Source of the DNA: an uncultured virus (IMG/VR IMGVR_UViG_3300020458_000003)
Lineage: Duplodnaviria > Heunggongvirae > Uroviricota > Caudoviricetes
Reading direction: 5' to 3' (one strand)
Length of the DNA: 64,000 bases
Virus record (IMG/VR): IMGVR_UViG_3300020458_000003
Positions within the stretch are counted from its first letter, which is position 1; the number at the start of each line of letters is the position of its first letter. Below, one piece after another: positions 58,401 through 64,000 of this stretch. Position numbers and translations under genes: made by a program. The notes beneath the pieces are model-generated. The model made no database searches. It was not told the origin of the DNA and was given only the letters and a program-made list of their open reading frames with translations.

Positions 58401-61400
58401 TCTGCTTGATCGGATGTAGCGATTTGGTCTAAGTCGAGAGGATTGCGGATGTTCAAGTAAACATTCTTGACTTCCGACTTAGGCAGCAATCCCTTGAGGT
58501 AGTCATGTAGCGGCTGTAGATCAGCCTCGTCTCGCATCGGTAATTCATCGTGAATAGTGGTCTGATTCAGCGTCCACTTACCCGGAGTTGCCGGTGAATC
58601 ATGTGCTATCCGCACGTTTTTATAAGGCTGCTGACCTGTCTTGTAGATGATATTGACTTCCGCACCACCAGTTCGCCCGCTGCCAAATGCCGGTTTCTCT
58701 TGCAATTTGTAGTCGTCCGGCAATAGTGAGATAATCTTGCTTTCAATAGCCGCCCAGTCTTTGGATTCAGGGTGATAATCGACTGTTGGAAGATTTCCGG
58801 CGTATTCACCCGCGATACTTTCATCTTCTGTGAAGTAAAAACCTGGGCCATACAGCAGAGAATTTGCGTCGCCTATTTTGGACTTATCGAATCGATCCCA
58901 GCCGCCAGAAGGCGTCCCATGGTAAGCGACAATAGGCTTTCCTTCCTTGTCAGCCACCTTACTCATATGGTAATTCTCTTGCGGCTCACCCGTCTCCAGA
59001 TCGACCACTTGAGAGGCATTCTCGGAGTCATTCTCCCAATCACCGAACCAAGACTTGAACGCTTTCGCGCGAACGCCGTTCTCTTGCCAATCTTGGGCGG
59101 CCTGCTCTGGGCTGTACTGCTCTTCGTCCGGGGATTTATCGGAATCGGAGGCTTCCCATCTGTCAATCATCTGTTTGGCGAACCACAGCTGACCGACAGC
59201 GTCCTGAGCCTGCCAGCCGCCAGGAGTGTCCTCGAAAATAGTCCATTCCTTAGATAGCGATCCATCCTCTCTTTCCAAGTGGCCTATTTGGTAACCCTTG
59301 TAGATGTACTCGCTTGGGCCAGTCTTTACAGGTTTCGATTCTTCAGGCACAGGTTCTGGCGAACCCTCTTCCTCTGGTGCCGGTTCCTCTTGGTCCCGCC
59401 GCTCCCACCGAGAGTTGGCGTTAAGGACATAGGTCACGCCGCCCTCTGTCTTGGTTTCACCTTGTTGGTGTTGCGGCGTTTCAAACAATGGACCAGGAGA
59501 ACCGAAGAGGTCCATCTGGCCTGGACTGGACTTTCTGCGCGCATACGATTCCGGGTAGTTGGCTTTCATGTACCGCTGGACGGCATCCTCGGCATACGTC
59601 ATTCGGTCGTCAGACGGGTCGAATGTTCCTTGATTGTCTGATGACTTGATTTGGTTTGGTTCGAATGCGACCCATACGCGATGGTGATGGCCGCCACCCA
59701 TACGGTCACCGCCGATATGAGTAATACCGTCGTGACCCATGCCTCGCAGTACTTCGTACATGGCATACTTACCGATCTGCGAAGACACAATGTTATACAG
59801 TGTCTCAACCTTCCCACTCGGGGTATCGATCTCTTGTAACGTCCGCCAAGAGCTCGACAACTTCTTGCGAAGAGTTTTCGTAACACTCTCTTTAAGTACC
59901 GGACTCATGTCCTTGTACCACCTGCCCCCCACACCGCTAGTTTCCATAGACTTAACGATTGCATCCGCATCCGCAGTCTTTAATACATTGATCCAATCCG
60001 AAACATTCTGATCGGAATCCAAGTCCAATGGTTTCCGGATATTCAAATAGACTTCTTTCGTTTCCTCTGTGCGTTGTCTTGTCACTAGCTGAAGAAGGTC
60101 AACACCATATCGTGACAACGCATTGTAATTGGCCGAATTCATGCCTTCCAAGCTGGCAGCATCTATTTGACCTTCATTTACCTTATTAAGGGTCCATGTA
60201 AGATTATCTACTGCCTCTTTAGCCATTTTTGGTGCAAGCTTACCCCACTTTCCATCGCCAGCCCCCTGTGCTTCAAGCTTTTTCTTTTCTATGGCAACTC
60301 CTATGAGATGTTTGAGCTTTTCTGTCGCTTCATCAACGTTATATTTCAACTTTGCTCGATAGCTACCGCCAGGAGACGATTCCTTCTGTTCATACGAACT
60401 AGCCACAGACTCATCTTCAGTGAAATAAAATCCCGGACCAAATAATAGGTGTTCTGGATTCCCCATCTTCGACTTATCGAACGCTTCCCAGCCGCCAACA
60501 GCTGTCCCGTGATACACCCGTACCGGCTTACCATCTTCACCATGCACCTGGCTCATATGGTAGTTTTCGGTCGGCTCCCCAGTCTCCGGACCGACCACTT
60601 GAGAGGCATTCTCGGAGTCATTCTCCCAGTCACCAAACCACGACTTGAAGGACTTCGCGCGGACGCCGTTCGCCTGCCAGTCCTGGGATGCCTGCTCGGG
60701 GCTGTACTGCTCTTCCGGGGCCTCTTTTTCTGATTCTGGAGAGGTGGTCTCGATTTCCGGTGTGGTCGCAGTCGCAGGTTTCGCGGCTTGTGGTTCTTCC
60801 CTGTTGGCCAGTTCCCACCGATGGTTTTGATTGAGCCTGTACGTGGTCCCGTTCTCTGTCTTCGTGTCTCCAACTTGGTGGTCTGGGAAGTCAATCATCA
60901 ACTGCTGCGCGTACTTCAGTAGCTGGTCGCTGTTCTTCGAATACTGTCCAGATCCCATATTGGCCTGGAGCAACTTCATAGCGCCCTTTGCAATCTTGGC
61001 CGCACCCTGCTTGCTCATGCCCAGCTTCTCACCGATCTCGGAAAAACTCATACCCTCTTCGAACTTCATGGACAGAACGGCGCGCTGGCGTTCCGGTAGC
61101 TCCTCCATCAACTCTTGGAGTTGTTCAACTAGCTCGCCTTCGCCCGCGAGTTCTCCGCCAGATCGCATCTTTTCATCGACCGGATTCATCGGAGCATCAG
61201 CCGCTTCTTGTGGGATCCCCGCAAAGTCTTCATCTCCTGGAACGGCTACCACACCACCGCGGCGAAGCTTCCCGGACGCGCGCTGTATACTCTGCAAAAC
61301 CCAGTAGGCAGCGTATTTATGGAAAGCCTTTCCTTTGCTTGGGTCGAATTTGTCAGCTGCATGTAGCAGAGCAATCGAGCCCTCCTGGAGGAGGTCGTCG

Positions 61401-64000
61401 CGGTCGTTCGACTTGTTGGAGAATCGCTTTGCAATATTGCGAATAAGACCGCCGTTCTTTTCTAACAGAGCCCCGGCGGCGTCTTTGTCACCAGACTGTA
61501 TTCTGGACACTAGATCTTCGTTAGATCCTGGCTTGAACGAAGGCGCAGGGGATCCTACTGACTCCGGCATGACGTCAGGACTAGCAGATTCCGGAACCTC
61601 TACAGGAGGAGCAGAAGGTGTAGCTACAGAAGCAGGTGCAGCTTCCTTGGGCTTGGCCGGAGTGGGTTTTTTCGCTGCGGGCGGAACAGCTTCTTTCGCG
61701 GGCGCTGCCCCTGATGAACCTGGATCGCTAGTAAACTGACCACCTTCGCCACGAGGGTGCTTGCCCTCTTCCCAGTCTGCCGACCCAGGAACAGTAGGTT
61801 CATCAAATAGAGACAGCTGTCGAGCATATCGCACAACTCGAAGAGCGCCCGCCCGTCCATGACCCCGCTGTCGCAGGAAGTTGTATAGACGACGATAGCT
61901 CCGCCGCCTCTCTCGCATGCAATGGAAGATCGGTGCCGAGTTACCACCTTCGATTATTTCGCAATTGCCAAACGCTTTCTTCAGAATCCCTTGGACCATC
62001 TGGGTGGCTTCGTCGGAGCTCATTCCGTCATACGCGCCCTTGCGAGGGCTATTCGGAAGATTGGCAATGCAGTGTCCATTAACCTCAGTCGACTCCAGCA
62101 TCTCCTGAATTGTCTTCTGGAGCTCTTGGAGGCTGTCCTGGACGTTTAGAACGTTCGAGGCATAAACGACGCAGTATTTTTCATTGAGTGCGTTAGAGTC
62201 GTGTACGGGGCTTTTGTTCTCGCCGTATTCGTAGGGCGTGACGTCCACACCGTGACCAGAGAGAATTCCAGCATGAACGGCGTGTTTGCCAGCACCGAAA
62301 TCTAGGACGGTGGCGTCCTGTCCCACCTGCTGGGCTACCTTCTCAGCAATCTTAGGGACCTTAGCATTGGGGCCAACGGCACCACCGGACCGAGAAGTGG
62401 AGTTTGCAACAGCCACTGCCGTGTCCTCGTGCGAAGCGGCCCGATACCGTCGCCATCTCGCTAGAGACTGCCGTGACCATTTTTTATAGCGAATTTTCCA
62501 TCCTCTCCGCATCGATCGCTGCCCAGCCTGGGACCAAGAATCGATAAGGGCTCTCGCCTCGGAGCCTGGCTGTTCCTCATGGCGTGAAAGCTGTTCCAAC
62601 GCTTCCGCCATGACTTCATCATGCCACGGCTGGATGTTCTTCATCATGGATTTCTGGAGAGTATTCCACAGTGCTTCAGAGGAATCACCCTGTCCCGCAG
62701 ACTCTCCCACATCCCAATCCAAAACATCCGGATGATATCTCTCTGCAGTCTCTGCCATCTCGTCAAACTGCCCTCCGTAAGGGCTGTGTTTCTGAAATGC
62801 ATCGTGATCACGACCGCGGTACTGTCTCAACGAAGCTAGGAACCTCTGCCGGGGCGATGCTTGCCGGGTCGTCTTTCCTGTGACCGGATCCTTTTCGACT
62901 ACCGTTTCGTTACCGAAGTACTGCCCAATGACGTCATTGATACCTGCTGCACGCCCAGCGGCCTGTTCCTGCTTTTGACTGTAAATATCTTCAGCTACAG
63001 ACTTTAGTTGCTGCTGCAATTCCGCATACTCTTCGTCGGAAGTCTCTGCGGACTGTGGCCCCAGGGCTTCCAGGATCGCCTTGCCTATGCGGCTCTTGGG
63101 ATTCACTCTGCGAACTTTGGGGGGCGTTTTTGGGTTTTCTGTGACATTTGAAAACTCATCAGAAGAGCCCGTTTCCTCCGTACCAGTTACTGAAGGAGGT
63201 GTCTGCTGTGGAGACTCAGCCGGCGAAACATCCTCTCTTGGAATCGAATACCGTACGTCCCAGTCATCGCTTTTGAACTTCGGCGGGATCATCACGACGT
63301 TTCCGCCGTCGGAAGAGAATCCAATCGCACCGTGTCCTAGGGTTTTCGATAGGTCGTGCAGTTGTCCGTATTCGGACGCTTCTGTACTGTCTTTGAGGTG
63401 GTCGTACAGCTCCCTCGCGTACTCATGCCCTAGCCGAGTGGTCTGGACGTGCCCCCTTCGCTTTGTGTCCCGCAACCGGTGTAGAGAACCTAGTAGACCC
63501 TGGATGGATGTGGGGGCTTGCTCAATATGTCCTCCAATGATGGCGTACTTTTCGTCGTTTGACTGTGGGGCTGGCTCATCGAGTTCGACATCGGACCCCA
63601 CGTCACTACCCCGGAGTTCTTCTCCGGGCTCTGCACCGGCAGCATCCTCCTGTCGCTTGGCCTCCTCTATTTCTCTCTGCCTATCCATAGCTCGCTGTCG
63701 CGAAGGAGACGGCTGCGGTTTTGGAACTTCAGAGTCCGGCGGCCTTACTGGCTCTGAGCCGACTCCACTAGAGTCGCCCTTGGCGTCGGGTAAATCTCGT
63801 GTCCTGCTGGCACTTTCATGCTCCGCGAGAATGGCCACCATTTGATGGCGAGCTTCTCGACTTGGCCTGAAGGACTCGTAGAGACTAAACGGATTATCTG
63901 ATCCGGACGCTGCTTGAGCGGCCTGGTCGACTTTGTCATGCATCTCTTCTGGCAAATCTGACTTGAGAATGTCGGCCAACTGGCCAACTACTTCTTGGGG
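52475..64000 (-). CDS. Giant polyvalent protein (>3840 aa, 5' end beyond the window): SAM methyltransferase, sigma-70 r2/r4, two ADP-ribosyltransferase-like domains, N6-adenine DNA methyltransferase
   Basis: Frame is open to base 64000. VLDFGAG...YASNVLNV (~61915-62400); DLLQEG..AL..AADKFDPSKG..F..YA.YW and LPERQRAVL...EIGEKLG (~60960-61525); YHGT..GPGFYFT..YLNIR.P..GHDG..WVAFEPNQIKS twice (~59600-60690, ~58020-59100); FFPTP..VLEPSSGKG..IVMNPPF (~52550-53060). Confidence 0.9.
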   Translation of the reverse strand, partial: PQEVVGQLADILKSDLPEEMHDKVDQAAQAASGSDNPFSLYESFRPSREARHQMVAILAEHESASRTRDLPDAKGDSSGVGSEPVRPPDSEVPKPQPSPSRQRAMDRQREIEEAKRQEDAAGAEPGEELRGSDVGSDVELDEPAPQSNDEKYAIIGGHIEQAPTSIQGLLGSLHRLRDTKRRGHVQTTRLGHEYARELYDHLKDSTEASEYGQLHDLSKTLGHGAIGFSSDGGNVVMIPPKFKSDDWDVRYSIPREDVSPAESPQQTPPSVTGTEETGSSDEFSNVTENPKTPPKVRRVNPKSRIGKAILEALGPQSAETSDEEYAELQQQLKSVAEDIYSQKQEQAAGRAAGINDVIGQYFGNETVVEKDPVTGKTTRQASPRQRFLASLRQYRGRDHDAFQKHSPYGGQFDEMAETAERYHPDVLDWDVGESAGQGDSSEALWNTLQKSMMKNIQPWHDEVMAEALEQLSRHEEQPGSEARALIDSWSQAGQRSMRRGWKIRYKKWSRQSLARWRRYRAASHEDTAVAVANSTSRSGGAVGPNAKVPKIAEKVAQQVGQDATVLDFGAGKHAVHAGILSGHGVDVTPYEYGENKSPVHDSNALNEKYCVVYASNVLNVQDSLQELQKTIQEMLESTEVNGHCIANLPNSPRKGAYDGMSSDEATQMVQGILKKAFGNCEIIEGGNSAPIFHCMRERRRSYRRLYNFLRQRGHGRAGALRVVRYARQLSLFDEPTVPGSADWEEGKHPRGEGGQFTSDPGSSGAAPAKEAVPPAAKKPTPAKPKEAAPASVATPSAPPVEVPESASPDVMPESVGSPAPSFKPGSNEDLVSRIQSGDKDAAGALLEKNGGLIRNIAKRFSNKSNDRDDLLQEGSIALLHAADKFDPSKGKAFHKYAAYWVLQSIQRASGKLRRGGVVAVPGDEDFAGIPQEAADAPMNPVDEKMRSGGELAGEGELVEQLQELMEELPERQRAVLSMKFEEGMSFSEIGEKLGMSKQGAAKIAKGAMKLLQANMGSGQYSKNSDQLLKYAQQLMIDFPDHQVGDTKTENGTTYRLNQNHRWELANREEPQAAKPATATTPEIETTSPESEKEAPEEQYSPEQASQDWQANGVRAKSFKSWFGDWENDSENASQVVGPETGEPTENYHMSQVHGEDGKPVRVYHGTAVGGWEAFDKSKMGNPEHLLFGPGFYFTEDESVASSYEQKESSPGGSYRAKLKYNVDEATEKLKHLIGVAIEKKKLEAQGAGDGKWGKLAPKMAKEAVDNLTWTLNKVNEGQIDAASLEGMNSANYNALSRYGVDLLQLVTRQRTEETKEVYLNIRKPLDLDSDQNVSDWINVLKTADADAIVKSMETSGVGGRWYKDMSPVLKESVTKTLRKKLSSSWRTLQEIDTPSGKVETLYNIVSSQIGKYAMYEVLRGMGHDGITHIGGDRMGGGHHHRVWVAFEPNQIKSSDNQGTFDPSDDRMTYAEDAVQRYMKANYPESYARRKSSPGQMDLFGSPGPLFETPQHQQGETKTEGGVTYVLNANSRWERRDQEEPAPEEEGSPEPVPEESKPVKTGPSEYIYKGYQIGHLEREDGSLSKEWTIFEDTPGGWQAQDAVGQLWFAKQMIDRWEASDSDKSPDEEQYSPEQAAQDWQENGVRAKAFKSWFGDWENDSENASQVVDLETGEPQENYHMSKVADKEGKPIVAYHGTPSGGWDRFDKSKIGDANSLLYGPGFYFTEDESIAGEYAGNLPTVDYHPESKDWAAIESKIISLLPDDYKLQEKPAFGSGRTGGAEVNIIYKTGQQPYKNVRIAHDSPATPGKWTLNQTTIHDELPMRDEADLQPLHDYLKGLLPKSEVKNVYLNIRNPLDLDQIATSDQAEFLAYTIESSDFHGERGKAARVLRRYANDRRMVEKHPNMQGGQEHSVWGLMDEISNYVGVEVARGMRPLSKDQRHDLFRQMGHDGLTHTGGNIMGGGHEHRVWVAFEPNQIKSSDNQGTFDPSDDRMTYAEDAVQRYMKANYPESYARRKSSPGQMDLFGSPGPLFETPQHQQGETKTEGGVTYVLNANSRWERRDQEEPAPEEEGSPEPVPEESKPAEEVAEPNEEPTGGVIDRHAEVLDEAKPYSLQGKNYDRNIASSYNRYFNAAGRGHGEKLLDHLHNELKVRLEAKREREGDPVTDTGGDTAISNVPVDKRGSGSLDSQIDRDKREQAKIAKDKRKVAFSENREAKAQAKELFDEVGQAVADATIAKHGGDPKEALDAIDSMVKWEPKKALKLLSSFKEKAAEEPEEEWNPRQVKGDERVKAIVDAPRWFEGLSDSERSAVLRGINARKSRGIVRKDRDPSDIHGYGEPAYNRLVDHFLTEQHAGNIDESKFAPKKPFWSPDYTPKEDEPESAEEPESPQSARMGEVSYGSLVKDPTGLVGVMRGGSGMGSDRVGLIDIKGNRHYVNMSDLEPATNDDMGKNSIEDYPTQSRQPGDPVGEDKNEGEEPSEPEPEEGATKTFQDMPAFVQEMVTQAVDGLKDAEVSLQKGRDADKKFGGDGRYEWETWEKIRDSVDSAREQLEKFNKSAEMEGFDGPSIVESQGGNINPEPGDGAKEWGDEDPVEEAATEEVAEEPQEKRHASEFMPEAEQAVKDYLESKGLKLNRTNLKKLERGQGSSDLAHTIGSLAPDGFDGIALAVRSLIDEGFNRSPEAIEKDIEKQDEKIQARVKAGRNIGGSAGALNRDIEYLSSGKRLLEDELKNASAQASRGKEQPAATDLAQESIDNNENISDTMRRHGLDPIKEMGLRAEVAEERPRLLEAAKPQPSPARQRAMDRQRAMDRQRDEPIAVSQGDQESSIDDAIARQGDDTPRISNDEWVDGDWDRAHAGLASESVAAKMADGMKGIEGQEYAIREHSPGKWQIVSKKAEATAESSPAEAAPPELSANASYLDSMLTEAGKKSVREAKTAALGTITESIFMSSQGGISRDKIRKSVEEWRAHQGIEETERDSSKIEINSQGMPTLDEIEDALGRVEKHGHYWRILKRDGSGYIHGTADNKNQAVVHAINNLRRDVAGENEHFGNKNYKRFTGRYASALKSHGTTENKLLGIDPKVFKAQEQEKIAGSGISLQNIDDVMDRLNSGTISAEDLKAAHAKVMDNGAGIKAELGTKTKKELLSGLGPMARARYQGGNKEALVNAIYGRIRDQLHVTGESVRYDPTRGETHEEALSEAVANTTDEHIKQHAADRAERIADRKQQIEEHKAHQERSLNNPTTVDEYKTAEKAKGGYLNLRPDQRQQYDQLAADKSRESRKAKEDEKATVQAVEVGNTEFELSTNYHSKRGYDVYTASPQDRFDSETFRDLSSKAKRLGGWYYKPYKGTPGGFHFENEESREKFLGLTEGENADVSARLEEDKRLKSASAAERMNAMADRLHESANADLSADRRTNTSRQAEMAAGIQGRARSNIARAATMRNIASAIDSGQAKYLDGISAGTHIEALESVLNRSRWNKLDHLVETEYGGDRRKLPNQTYENAQQEPITAGHADHASYPYPVLQSSDINRMSEALRGRQGIKYERDYLKKLSEKAGDRGIVRLKSQYQWEALKSVTAKLRKVNPREHKWTIESLKSAAEPMQRLHAAGITNEHELRAALREYIPIRGKKGAEDPIAKAERDLIGRKIPGFFPTPPGLIDQMLSEADIRSGHDVLEPSSGKGDILDAVRDEHPDANLKGMEFNRELSPVLSAKGHDVEYGDFLAHQGQYDRIVMNPPFEKGADISHVQHAYKQLKPGGRLVAIMSGGGGGNREQFDEWVSGLGGSSEELPQGSFNLPESFRKTGVNVKMVSVDKPQAESYSRNREAVTRYCRTHYQVSG
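57751..58105. repeat. 355-bp intragenic direct repeat (second copy 59329-59683)
   Basis: No differences seen by eye; offset 1578 bp, which is in frame. Confidence 0.93.

Noticed and set aside
57751..59683. Diversity-generating retroelement TR/VR pair
   Set aside because: The copies show no adenine-specific differences and no reverse transcriptase is present in the window.
63977..63979. TTG as the start of the giant ORF
   Set aside because: The frame continues without a stop to the window edge (PQEVVGQ-L), so the true start lies outside.
1..64000. tRNA, rRNA, integrase, terminase and portal genes
   Set aside because: None recognised by eye; a tRNAscan-SE or HMM run would be needed to exclude divergent copies.

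Overview
This window is part of a tailed-phage (or prophage) genome. The host is inferred to be a planctomycete, from planctomycete-like SSB, HTH, CsrA and trypsin-collagen proteins; no search was run. Left to right: (1) minus-strand virion or fibre-like genes running off the left edge (1-2487); (2) a plus-strand block with ssb, an HNH-like nuclease, a hydrolase and a cluster of secreted or membrane proteins, including a trypsin protease that appears to be -1 frameshifted onto a collagen domain (2632-10506); (3) a repeat-dense, largely non-coding zone (about 11000-13000); (4) a replication module with an initiator and a split DnaB (13271-16599); (5) a decayed satellite-like relic and an hsdM scrap interrupted by a complete IS1595-family element with passenger genes (17619-20248); (6) an early small-gene region punctuated by a repeated GGTTGACG-N16-TAATTGT promoter/leader cassette, plus a PAPS-reductase-like gene, an unannotated csrA and YqaJ/RecT (20240-32707); (7) a long minus-strand morphogenesis operon (32865-51665); (8) a giant ORF of more than 3840 aa that is open to the right edge. 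The giant ORF is a polyvalent protein with two methyltransferases, a sigma-70 domain and two ADP-ribosyltransferase-like cassettes. Its modules are delimited by basic-Tyr motifs also seen in the putative prohead protease/scaffold, and several of these are followed by QxxLF clamp-binding-like motifs. No integrase, terminase, portal, tRNA, rRNA or CRISPR array is visible. All product calls come from motif recognition by eye.
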